NCBI GenBank assembly: GCA_964016885.1
Contig: OZ024742.1
Coordinates: 64,294,001-64,358,000 of the forward strand
DNA length: 64,000 bases
Origin: Eledone cirrhosa
Taxonomy: Eukaryota
Direction of reading: 5' to 3'
The position numbers and the translations under genes are program-made. The notes beneath the pieces are model-generated. The model had not been told where the DNA came from. It saw only the letters and a program-made list of their open reading frames with translations, and searched no databases. Below are positions 51,601 to 64,000 of this stretch, one piece after another (within the stretch, counting starts at the first letter, position 1; each line of letters starts with the position of its first letter).

Positions 51601-52450
51601 TATAGTCACTGTCGGTTATTTGGGAGGTAGTGAGCATCAGTGTTTCATAGAATCTGTCTTTTATAGTGCTGGGCAGTCCGGATTGGGGTGCGTACGCGGA
51701 TATTACTGTCACCGTGGTTCTATTGAGGACAAGTCTTATTTTAATTATTCTGTCGTTCACTCTATTTACGTCTATTATCTTATCTGCCCACTTTTCTGCT
51801 ACCATGATTCCTACCCCACCCAGCCCATTGTCGTTTCCCACCCAGAAAAGCTTATAGCATCGTTTTCTACCCACAATGAATCTAGCAGATCCACCCCTCC
51901 ACCTGGTCTCTTGAATACAACAAACATCGACCTCCTTACGTTCAAGCATTTCTACAACCTCGTTAGAGCGACCCTTTAAGGTGCCTACATTCAAGGTACC
52001 AAATCTGAAGTTTTGGATTGCGTTTGGGGGGTGGGAAAGGTGGGGAGAGGGGGGGGGGGGGGGGAGGGTTGTGTTGCCATCCGCGGCCGAAACAAAGAGG
52101 CATGTTCGCATTCTCGTCCACGAGGTGTGTTTGTCTTTAACTTTGGCATTGTCGCTGAGCGTCCAGATTTTTCTCTCTTCAACTCTCCGGAACTCCGTAG
52201 TCCTTCCATCCTACATACCGAAGGCGACCAGGTAAGCGATAGTATAGGCCTCTGGCTTATGATTGGTCCACGTGATAATAATGGTGGTGCGTGGGGGCGG
52301 GAGGGAGGGGTGTTGAGTTGTTAGTGAGAAGAATAGGTTTAAGTTAGATCCTAGTATTTTACGAACGTAAACAAAAATACAAGATTTGTTTAGTAAGATA
52401 CGTCAAAAACTTCCGTATTTTACAATCAGGACAAAATACAAGAGATTTGA
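48625..52450 (-). mobile_element. Near full-length RTE-clade LINE, single ORF APE-RT with embedded PHD-like finger (~1050 aa once repaired); terminal tail missing
   Basis: GTLNVGTL, IQETRW, SAYAPQ, GDLNGHVG, QVDYIL, YRGIKL, QFGF, FVDLEKAFDRV, HQGSVLSP, LLYADDL, FRYLG, GRPRKTW. Split by a 31-bp duplication (51204-51265) and a 1-nt loss in a G run (~49969-49972). Confidence 0.93.
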
Positions 52451-52615
52451 ATATATATATATATATGCATACACACACATGTATATATACATATATGTGT
52501 ATGTGTGTATGTGTGTTCTCAACTGCCTTCTTCCTTCCCCATCACATGACTTATACGTCAATGGTGAAGGTATGTGATGGTGTTCGGTATTGGTGTGGGG
52601 GTGGGTGGGGGTGAC

Positions 52616-52672
<57 letters not shown>

Positions 52673-52806
52673 TATGGCAGTGCATGTATGTGTGTGTGTG
52701 TGAAATATATGTTAGCAAGAGATGCTGTCAATGACATCATCATCATCATCACCACTGTTAAATGTCTATTTTCCATGCTTGCTGTATGTGTGTGCGTGTC
52801 TGTATA

Positions 52807-52898
52807 CAGGGTGTCCCGAAAAATGTATATACAGTGATTACCTGTACAAGTGATATTTATTAGAATGCTGTTGAAGTGTGTGTACATGTTTTTAGGAC

Positions 52899-52904
<6 letters not shown>
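52807..52904. mobile_element. Tc1/mariner-type MITE (~100 bp)
   Basis: TIRs CAGGGTGTCCCGAAAAATGTA / TACATGTTTTTAGGACACCCTA, flanked by TA. Confidence 0.75.
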
Positions 52905-52964
<60 letters not shown>

Positions 52965-53028
52965 AGTGAAATATGTGTTTAGAACAATATGTATACAACA
53001 CCATACAACTGATGCACTGCTGCAAAAT

Positions 53029-53435
53029 TCATCATCATCACCGTTTTACGTCCGTTCTTCCACGCTAGCATGGGTTAGACAGGTTGTCCTGTTGTGGGCA
53101 GTGTCTGGTTGGCTGACCATGCCTTGCTCATACAGGAACTGATTTGGCTTGATTTCTACAGCTGGATGCCCTTCCTAACACCAACCTCATTTACAGTGAG
53201 TGGTGGGTGCTTTTTCGTGGCGCCTACATGTCCACTTTACAGTGTGGGCTGGGTGCTTTTTTGCCGTGGCACCTCCACGACCACCTTGCAGTGGGAGGGT
53301 GTGGGGGCATATTGTCTATATGCTTCAGCTTGTACCCATGGGAGGTCGGGTACTCTGTATTACTGCGTGACGCCAGAGGTCATGGTCGTGTGTCATCACC
53401 TTTGGGAGGTGTAATTGGGTAAGGTCGGCTTTTTG
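53029..53435 (-). mobile_element. RTE 3' end fragment (31.9-32.3 kb subfamily)
   Basis: Reverse complement of 31890-32290. Confidence 0.88.
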
Positions 53436-54810
53436 CTAACATATCTTTCACATCACAATTGTGTGCATATATAACACACAACACAAAAATAAATGTTTAA
53501 AGCCATTTTCCCTGTTAAAGCAGGAATTAGCCTCGTGGGCCTCTTGACAAACTTCTCCATTTTTCCCATTATCCGACCCCCCCCCCCCCATTAACTCCCT
53601 TGCTTTCATTTCCTCTTCCACCATTATTAGCCATGTCTTTCTTAGTCTTTCCATTCCTCTACTTCCTTTCATATTAATTTACCTCTCGTCTCTCAATCAG
53701 TCACTTTCATCCTTCCTCTACACATGACCCAACCATTTCATTCCAATTTACTTTCATAACAGTCATCACTCTATAACTCTATAGCTTTCAATCTTCCTCT
53801 ACACATAACCTGCTATCATATTCCACTAGCTCTATACCTTTCAGCCAGTCACTGTCATTCTTTCCCAACACATGACCCTACTATCACATTCTATATTTCT
53901 CTTCACAACATTCAACACTGGTTCTCTTCTCTTCATCCTCTGCAATTCATTATTTATCTTCCTCTCTCTTGATAATACTTCTCATCCACCAGAACATTTT
54001 TATTTCCCTTACTCCAGCTTTCTCTGTTGCTCTACATTCATCAACTATGTCACACACCCTTAAATCATGGCACTTCTCACACATTTCTCTTCAGTTTCAG
54101 TGGCATATATATAACTATACAAGTATATTAGACATGGAGTTTACAACTGAAGCATGTAAGCACAAAAGTGTGTGTATATATATATATATATAACCACATA
54201 AGTGAAACATGTATTTACAATAATGTTTGTGTGTGTGTATCACTTTACAGAGTGTACTGGGTGTATTTATCTTGTAGATCATCAACACTAGGGAGGTTGT
54301 CCTGTCCTTGACATGACTAAAGGGTCCTCTCAACCTTTTGTTTGGCAAGCTTTCTATAGGTGGATGCCCTTGCTGTCACCGATTACTTTACAGCATGTAC
54401 TGGGAGTATATCACCAACACTAGAGAGGTTGTTGCATCATCGACAACTGAAGGGTCCTCAACCTTTTTAGGCACGGTTTCTACAGTGGGGTGCCCTTCCT
54501 CTCGCCAACCACCCTTACGAAGTGTATTGGATCAATTATTGTGGCACCATTACTAAAGAGGTTGTTAAACAGTGTCTTCTGATTCTGGAGTGGAAAGGGA
54601 GATAGATATGAAGTTATAAAGTGTATGTGGTGATTTAATAGGACAATGAGTAAGGGGAAGGAGTGGCTAAATGTGTTTGAGGAGAGTGAATGAAGTGGTT
54701 TGGGGGAAGTGGTCGATAAGGTGCAAGGGGGAGAGTGATGGAAAGACAGGCAAGGAGAGTGTGGGGTAATGCACATGGGATGGAGAGAATAGCTACTAGA
54801 GTATAATAGA

Positions 54811-55749
54811 CTAGCAGAATGGCCCGGCGTTGCTCGGGATTCTAAACATAGATTGGTATGTTTATCCCTCCTTTCTGAAACAGTACAGAGAAGTACGGAA
54901 TACCTCGGCCTGAGAATGGGGTCTACATTTTGTGCTTATAAAAAAAATTTGTCGTTGATTACCAGGGTTTTTTTACGTGCGAAGAAAATCAATACTTTAT
55001 CGCGAAATAAATACTTTTGTTTATATTTTGTTATTGTGTATGCAAAAATATCTGTACACGAATATATAATTATATATATATATATATTAAAATAACAGAT
55101 TAAAGTTTAACAAAGAATCGCTGCTTTCACCCTTAACGGGATCTTCTGAAACTAAAAAAAATCAATCTGTGAACACAGAAGTAAATATTTCGAAAAACAT
55201 TACACACTATATATATATCATCATCATCACCGCTTTACGTCCGTTCTTCCACGCTAGCATGGGTTAGACGGGTTGTCCTGTTGTGGGCAGTGTCTGGTCG
55301 GCTGACCATGCCTTGCTCATACAGGAACTGATCTGGCTTGATTTCTACAGCTGGATGCCCTTCCTAACACCAACCTCATTTACAGTGAGTGCTGGGTGCT
55401 TTTTCGTGGCGCCTACACGTCCACTTTACAGTGTGGGCTGGGTGCTTTTTTGCCGTGGCACCTCCACGGCCACCTTGCGGTGGGGGGAGGGGGCATATAT
55501 ATACATATATACACACACACACATATAGCGTCATAATGTCGTAATGCAGACAGATATTATAAGGGCGCAACGTTATATCTATGTATCTATCTAAAAAGAA
55601 AGCCTAAGAATTATAGAGAGAGATCGCTAAATTGCCTAATACGGTCCCTAGGACATTGAAAATTTGAAATCCTTTTTGCTCAAACCACTCACAGGACCAT
55701 AAGTATTACATGTGTAAAGTTTGAAAAAAGTCGGTTAGGTGGTTCTCGA
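54811..55749 (-). mobile_element. Second Helitron copy, 5' end lost, carrying an RTE insertion
   Basis: CTAG plus hairpin cccggcgttgctcggg at 54811-54838; colinear with 10288-11031. Confidence 0.85.
55219..55497 (-). mobile_element. RTE 3' UTR fragment nested in a Helitron
   Basis: Reverse complement of 32010-32290; interrupts a (TA)n run that is uninterrupted in the 10.3-11.1 kb copy. Confidence 0.88.
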
Positions 55750-56955
55750 AGAATACTCGCTTCATTTCTCTCCAGCCTTCACAAGTCATCTGTGGTTAAG
55801 GTCCATGTTTCACTGCCATGTAGCATTGCAGTACACACGCAGGCATCATACAGTAGACCCTTCACTCTGAAAGAGAAACCCTTTGTTGTCAGCAGAGGTT
55901 TCAGCTCTCTAAACTTCTTCCAGCCTGTTCTGATCCTGGCTATCACACTTTCAGTGTATCCTCCCCTACTGCTAATTTGATCACCTAAGTAACATAAGTT
56001 GTTGACAACTTCTAATGAGCCTCCCTGGCAGCTGAAGGAATCTATTTCACATGAGTTCTTAATGCTTACTTCTGTGCATCTGCCACATACAACTATGTGC
56101 ACCTTATGGAATTACTTCCCCCCCACCTCTTTCTGACATATCGAACAAGGTCACTTCCCTGATGGTATCCCCCTCCTGTCTTCCTTTCTTCTTACTAATA
56201 CTTTCATCTTTGCTCAGTTTATTTTTAGGCCTTTCAAATCATGGTTTTTCCATGCTTGAAATTTTGTTACTAACTCTTTTATGGAATCAACTAAGAAGAA
56301 AGGTCATCAGCATATAAGAGCTCCCATGGAGTGTCTGTTTTAAACTCCTCAGTGTTGGCCTGAAGGAAAATGTTAAACAAGAGTGGACTGAGCACTGAGC
56401 CCTGGAGGACCCCCACCTGCATTTCAAATTCAGCACTGTACTCATTTTCCAACTCTCACTCTGCTAGTTGCTCCTTTATACAAGGCCTGCACAGCCCTCG
56501 CAAGCCATTCATCTACAGTCTACACCCAGCTTCCTAAGTGTTCACCAGATTACAGAGCATGGACCCTATCAACGGCCTTCTCCATATCTACAAAAGCCTG
56601 ATGCAGTGGCTTACTCTTAGAAGAGTACCTCTCACCAGAAAGAGAGCATCAGTAGTACTCCTACCTAGTATAAATCCAAATGGCATCTCATCTAACTTGA
56701 TTCTGTCCATAATTAGTTGTGCTAGAACCCTTTCAGTAACTTTTATGATCTGATTCATCACCTTGATGCTTCTGTACTTACTTCTCTCTAGTGCATCTCC
56801 TTCGTCCTTGTACCAATTCACAATGATACAGCTGTGCCAGTTATTAGCTAAGACCCCTTTCTGTATTGCTTGATTAACTATGTATCTGACAAACACATAT
56901 CCTACCAAGCCAAATGCTCTTAGCATCTCAGCAACCATACCAGATGGTCCAGACA
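55750..56955 (-). mobile_element. Old degenerate RTE RT fragment
   Basis: GPSGMVAEML, GDALERSKYRSIK, STTDALFLVR, CYLGDQ, LYDAC. Confidence 0.85.
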
Positions 56956-56992
56956 AGTGAAGCATGTATGTACAACAGTGTGTGTGTGTGTG

Positions 56993-57029
<37 letters not shown>

Positions 57030-57365
57030 TACCCCTACTCCACACCACTTCCACCAACACCACCCTTTCTCTGTAAAGTTATGTTGGTACCACAACATCC
57101 AGTCCAAAATAAATGAGGTTGTGTAGGTGTCACAACAAAAAAACACACAGTCCACGCTGTAATGTGGCCATGTAGGTAACACGGTAAAAACCTCCCAGTC
57201 CATACTGTAAATGTGGTTGGTGTTAGGAAGGGCATCCAGCCGTAGAAAACCTGCCAGACAGTCCTATACAAGCGAGACATGGTTACCCGACCAATCTTGC
57301 CTCAAGTGGTACAATTCCTGTCTAAACCCATGCTAGCGTGGAAGATAGACGTTAAACGATGATGA

Positions 57366-57369
<4 letters not shown>
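57030..57369 (+). mobile_element. RTE 3' UTR fragment with (GAT)n tail
   Basis: Matches 42890-43215. Confidence 0.85.
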
Positions 57370-57426
<57 letters not shown>

Positions 57427-57515
57427 TATGTGTGTGTGTTACCATACAATTGAAGCATAGATGTACCACAATGTATGTATGTATAACCATATAAGTGAAG
57501 CATGTATGTACAATG

Positions 57516-57611
<96 letters not shown>

Positions 57612-59699
57612 ACTATACCAGTGAAACAAATGTACAGCAGTGTGTGTGTGTGTGTGTGTATACACACACACACATTATTATATATATATATATATATATA
57701 AGTGAAGCATGGCTGAACAACAGCTGTTTAAATATTTAGTAGAATAGAATGAAGATAGATATTCTAACAGAGCAAGATCAGAATATAGACACATCATCAG
57801 CATCAATAACATCATTATCAACATCACAACCACCACCATCATTATCATCGACGTCACTACTATCATTATCATCATACTATATCAAATATATCAATACCGT
57901 TATAAATATATTCACACCATAAATACATCCTTACCATTATAGATATACCCATACCACTATAAACATATCCATACCACTATAAATATATTTACACCACAAT
58001 AAATGCATCTATACCATTATAAATACATTTATATCATAAATATATCCATACCATTACAAATGAAACTATACTATCGCAAATAAAAACTGTACAAGACCAA
58101 ATTGTACCACATACCATAATAAAAAAGAAACATTTTGGAGACTATGTAGGAAAGTTGAATGAATAGGTGCTGTTGGTAGTGATAGTAGGGATGGTAGTGG
58201 TGTTGCTGATAGGGTGATGGTAGTGGTAGTAATGTTGTTGTTGGTGGTGGTGGTGGTTTCTATGATGAGTGTTCCAGCTTTATTCGATCAACAGAACAGC
58301 CTGCTTATAAAATTAATATGTAAATGGTTGAGCATTCCAGATATATTTAACATAATTCTCAAGGAGATTCAGCATGACATGGTGTGTGACAAGGCTGGCC
58401 CTTTGAATTACAAGTACAGTCCATCCAATGGGCTTTCAAGCAATTTCCGTCTACTTAATTTCATTCACAAAGCTTGGATCAACTTGAGGTTATGGTAAAT
58501 GATACTTGCTTTAGATGACATTCAGTGGGATCAAACCTGGGACCTAATGATTGTGAACCATTAGGCCATGTTGCATCAACATATAAATATATGTCAGTTA
58601 AATGAAATATTAGAATAAAGATAAAATATATAGTTACCCCATTAAACTCACTGGTATCTGATAAAGAAAACAATGAGCTATTAGAGGCTGCTATAGCTGG
58701 GTCATGGAGACTGTGATTGTCTTCATCTGGACATACAAAGAAAGAGAAAACTAAAGATCAGAACTCATCTATCATAGCCATTTGGTTATGGATATACACA
58801 CACTCACATATATGCACGTACACATATAAATCTATAGGTACAGGTATACATACACATAAACATATCTATATATTGACACAAGTATATGCACATACAGATA
58901 TAGATACACATACATATATATTATGGTTCAGGTACAGCCAGACATACATTATATATATATATAATGTTTATTTTTCTATAACATTTCCAGCTGAAATAGG
59001 AATTGGTTTCATATGTTGGTGGGGAGGAGGGGCTCTGGCTCCAATACATCATCAAATGCATTATATATTTCATCCCTTTTGCGTCTACTTTTAAGCATCC
59101 TGAGATCAGCTCTCATAACTTCTGCCCAAGTCTTTCTAGGTCTTCTTCCATGACTTCTTTCCACTTGGGACTTCTAGCACCTCTTCACCTAACAAACATC
59201 AGCCATATTGCTTACATGCTCACACCAACAAAGTGTTCTCTCTTTTACACAATATCTGGTTCCTCTTATACTTAGTTTTTCTCTCAACTCATCTGTGCTT
59301 TGTTGTACATGCATATAAATGTTACATATCCAGCAGAGCAAGCTCATTTCATTTCCTTCTAACCTTCACATATGTCCTACATTCAATGTCCATGTCTCAC
59401 TACTATGCAGCATTGCATTACATACACAAGCATCATACAATCTACCTTTTGGTTAGAGAGAGAATCCCATTGTTGCCAGCACAATATTTTTTTACCTTAT
59501 TCATATTTTGGCTGTTATACTTTCAGAGCACCCTCCTTCAATGCTAATTAAGTTATACAGGTAACACTAGTTATTAACTACCACTATGAAGCCTTACAAT
59601 CATTCAAAAGATTTGATTTTACACCAATAGCTGTATGATTAACAAATTCATTAGTAACCACGAGAATATAATAAAGAGAGAAAGCAATGATGATAACGA

Positions 59700-62600
59700 A
59701 AAATGCAAGTGTGAATAATAAATGTACATAGTGATGACAGAGAATAAATTAAATGAAAATAATAGATGTATGTGGTGATGCCAAAGAATATAGAGAGTAA
59801 GAGTAATAGGTGTATGTGGTGATGACAGAGAATGTAGAATGTTAGAATAATAGATATATGGTGATGATAGAGAATATAGAATGTTAGAATAATAGATATA
59901 TGGTGATGATAGAGAATATAAAATGTGAGAATAATAGATATATGGTGATGATGACAGAGAATATAGAATGTGAGAATAATAGATATAGGTGATGATAGAG
60001 AATATAGAATGTGAGAATAATAGAGATGGTGATGACAGAGAATATAGAATGTGAGAATAATAGATATAGGTGATGATAGAGAATATAGAATGTGAGAATA
60101 ATAGATATATGGTGATGATGACAGAGAATATAGAATGTGAGAATAATAGATATAGGTGATGACAGAGAATATAGAATGTTAGAATAATAGATATATGGTG
60201 ATGATGGCAGAGAATATAGAATGTTAGAATAATAGATATAGGTGATGATAGAGAATATAGAATGTGAGAATAATAGATATATGGTGATGATGACAGAGAA
60301 TATAGAATGTTAGAATAATAGATATAGGTGATGATAGAGAATATAGAATGTGAGAATAATAGAGATGGTGATGACAGAGAATATAGAATGTGAGAATAAT
60401 AGATATATGGTGATGATGACAGAGAATATAGAATGTTAGAATAATAGATATAGGTGATGATAGAGAATATAGAATGTGAGAATAATAGAGATGGTGATGA
60501 CAGAGAATATAGAATGTGAGAATAATAGATATAGGTGATGATAGAGAATATAGAATGTGAGAATAATAGATATATGGTGATGATGGCAGAATATAGAATG
60601 TGAGAATAGATATATGGTGATGATGACAGAGAATATAGAATGTTAGCATAATAGATATAGGTGATGATAGAGAATATAGAATGTGAGAATAATAGAGATG
60701 GTGATGACAGAGAATATAGAATGTGAGAATAATAGATATAGGTGATGACAGAGAATGTAGAATGTGAGAATAATAGATATAGGTGATGATAGAGAATATA
60801 AAATGTGAGAATAATAGATATATGGTGAAGATGACAGAGAATGTAGAATGTTAGAATAATAGATATATGGTGATGATAGAGAATATAGAATGTTAGAATA
60901 ATAGATATATGGTGATGATAGAGAATATAAAATGTGAGAATAATAGATATAGGTGATGACAGAGAATATAGAATGTGAGAATAATAGATATATGGTGATG
61001 ATGACAGAATATAGAATGTGAGAAAAATAGATATATGTGATGATAGAATATAGAATGTGAGAATAATAGATATATGTGATGACAGAGAATATAGAATGTG
61101 AGAATAATAGATATAGGTGATGATAGAGAATATAGAATGTGAGAATAATAGATATATGGTGATGATGACAGATAATATAGAATGTGAGAATAATAGATAT
61201 AGGTGATGACAGAGAATATAGAATGTTAGAATAATAGATATATGGTGATGATGGCAGAGAATATAGAATGTTAGAATAATAGATATAGGTGATGATAGAG
61301 AATATAGAATGTGAGAATAATAGATATATGGTGATGACAGAGAATATAGAATGTGAGAATAATAGATATATGGTGATGATGACAGAGAATATAGAATGTT
61401 AGAATAATAGATATAGGTGATGATAGAGAATATAGAATGTGAGAATAATAGAGATGGTGATGACAGAGAATATAGAATGTGAGAATAATAGATATAGGTG
61501 ATGACAGAGAATGTAGAATGTGAGAATAATAGATATAGGTGATGATAGAGAATATAAAATGTGAGAATAATAGATATATGGTGATGATGACAGAGAATGT
61601 AGAATGTTAGAATAATAGATATATGGTGATGATAGAGAATATAGAATGTTAGAATAATAGATATATGGTGATGATAGAGAATATAAAATGTGAGAATAAT
61701 AGATATAGGTGATGACAGAGAATATAGAATGTGAGAATAATAGATATATGGTGATGATGACAGAATATAGAATGTGAGAAAAATAGATATATGTGATGAT
61801 AGAATATAGAATGTGAGAATAATAGATATATGTGATGACAGAGAATATAGAATGTGAGAATAATAGATATAGGTGATGATAGAGAATATAGAATGTGAGA
61901 ATAATAGATATATGGTGATGATGACAGATAATATAGAATGTGAGAATAATAAATATAGGTGATGACAGAGAATATAGAATGTTAGAATAATAGATATATG
62001 GTGATGATGGCAGAGAATATAGAATGTTAGAATAATAGATATAGGTGATGACAGAGAATATAGAATGTGAGAATAATAGATATATGGTGATGATGACAGA
62101 GAATATAGAATGTTAGAATAATAGATATAGGTGATGATAGAGAATATAGAATGTGAGAATAATAGAGATGGTGATGACAGAGAATATAGAATGTGAGAAT
62201 AATAGATATAGGTGATGATAGAGAATATAGAATGTGAGAATAATAGATATATGGTGATGATGACAGAATATAGAATGTGAGAATAATAGATTTATGGTGA
62301 TGATGACAGAGAATATAGAATGTTAGAATAATAGATATAGGTGATGATAGAGAACATAGAATGTGAGAATAATAGAGATGGTGATGACAGAGAATATAGA
62401 ATGTGAGAATAATAGATATAGGTGATGACAGAGAATATAGAATGTGAGAATAATAGATATATGGTGATGATGACAGAATATAGAATGTGAGAATAATAGA
62501 TATATGGTGATGATGACAGAGAATATAGAATGTGAGAATAATAGATATAGGTGATGATAGAGAATATAGAATGTTAGAATAATAGATATATGGTGATGAT

Positions 62601-63425
62601 AGAGAATATAAAATGTGAGAATAATAGATATATGGTGATGATGACAGAGAATGTAGAATGTGAGAATAATAGATATAGGTGATGATAGAGAATATAGAAT
62701 GTTAGAATAATAGATATATGGTGATGATAGAGAATATAAAATGTGAGAATAATAGATATATGGTGATGATGACAGAGAATATAGAATGTGAGAATAATAG
62801 ATATAGGTGATGATAGAGAATATAGAATGTTAGAATAATAGATATATGGTGATGATAGAGAATATAAAATGTGAGAATAATAGATATATGGTGATGATGA
62901 CAGAGAATGTAGAATGTGAGAATAATAGATATAGGTGATGATAGAGAATATAGAATGTTAGAATAATAGATATATGGTGACGATAGAGAATATAAAATGT
63001 GAGAATAATAGATATATGGTGATGATAGAGAATATAGAATGTTAGAATAATAGATATATGGTGATGACAGAATATAGAATGTGAGAAAAATAGATATATG
63101 TGATGACAGAATATAGAATGTGAGAATAATAGATATATGTGATGACAGAGAATATAGAATGTGAGAATAATAGATATAGGTAATGACAGAGAATATAGAA
63201 TGTGAGAATAATAGATATAGGTGATGACAGAGAATATAGAATGTGAGAATAATAGATATATGGTGATGATAGAGAATATAGAATGTGAGAATAATAGATA
63301 TATGGTGATGATAGAGAATGTAGAATGTGAGAATAATAGATATATGGTGATGATAGAGAATATAGAATGTGAGAATAATAGATATATGGTGATGATAGAG
63401 AATATATAATATGAGAATAATAAAT
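59700..63425. repeat. 3.7-kb satellite, 36-42-bp variant units
   Basis: gagaatatagaatgtgagaataatagatatatggtgatgat repeated head to tail. Confidence 0.96.
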
Positions 63426-63639
63426 GTACGTACCAGTAATCTTTAGTTTAGGTGCCAGGAATGAACTGCTACTGGTAATGCTGGTGGCCTCAGACTGTGA
63501 CAGCTGACAATACCAAAGGAACAGTACTTAAATGTTAGGCTGTGTGTGTGGGTGCATGCGTGTATGTAGGAATATATATGTAGTGGAATTAGCAAGCAGT
63601 TTAATAGAAACAACAGACTTTGTATGTAGCAGATGTACA

Positions 63640-64000
63640 TAAGATGTAAATACTAAGAACTCATGTGAAGTAGATTCTTTCAACTGCCAGGGAGGCTCAT
63701 TAGAAGTTGTCAACAACTTATGTTACTTAGGTGATCAAATTAGCAGTAGGGGAAGATACACTAAAAGTGTGATAGCCAGGATCAGAACAGGCTGGAAGAA
63801 GTTTAGAGAGCTGATACCTCTGCTGACAACAAAGGGTTTCTTTTTCAGAGTGGAGGGTCTACTGTATGATGCCTGCGTGTGAACTGCAATGTTACATGGC
63901 AGTGAAACATGGGCCTTAACTACAGAAGACCTGTGAAAGCTGGAGAGAAATGAAGCAAGTATGCTCCGATGGATGTGGAATGTTAGTGTGCATGAACGAC
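63640..64000 (+). mobile_element. Old RTE fragment running off the window end
   Basis: Reverse-complement match to 55750-56065. Confidence 0.85.

Noticed and set aside
48944-52111. Retron, DGR, group II intron or defence-type RT
   Set aside because: APE endonuclease + RT + 3' simple-repeat tail and many truncated copies identify a eukaryotic non-LTR retrotransposon
59700-63425. Telomeric or coding repeat
   Set aside because: Not TTAGGG-like; variable unit lengths break all frames

Overview
Eukaryotic, AT-rich, repeat-saturated DNA. The repeat content (tRNA-derived SINEs, RTE, CR1 and R4/Dong LINEs, (TA)n/(CAT)n/(AAT)n microsatellites) looks like a coleoid cephalopod, probably Octopus; this is an inference. 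The only host gene I can support is a TRAF7-like E3 ligase on the minus strand, which the ORF track misses. Ten GT-AG coding exons between 37936 and 5422 splice in phase into 306 uninterrupted codons: C3HC3D RING, TRAF zinc finger, coiled coil and the start of WD40 repeat 1. A candidate upstream exon lies at 40271-40478, and the remaining WD40 exons should lie beyond position 1. The rest is mobile and tandem DNA: one full-length decayed CR1 LINE, a near-intact RTE LINE with a PHD-like finger inside its RT, many LINE fragments, two non-autonomous Helitrons, hAT/Tc1/TTAA MITEs, a mariner remnant, a Penelope-like fragment with a hammerhead-like motif, and many ~40-bp minisatellites. Leads worth testing: an in-frame TRAF7/LINE-ORF1 read-through frame, an in-frame UGA-C in the putative first coding exon, inverted TE pairs bracketing a frame-closed 387-nt RING cassette, and a template-switch inversion inside an intronic minisatellite. 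There is no CRISPR or prokaryotic system.
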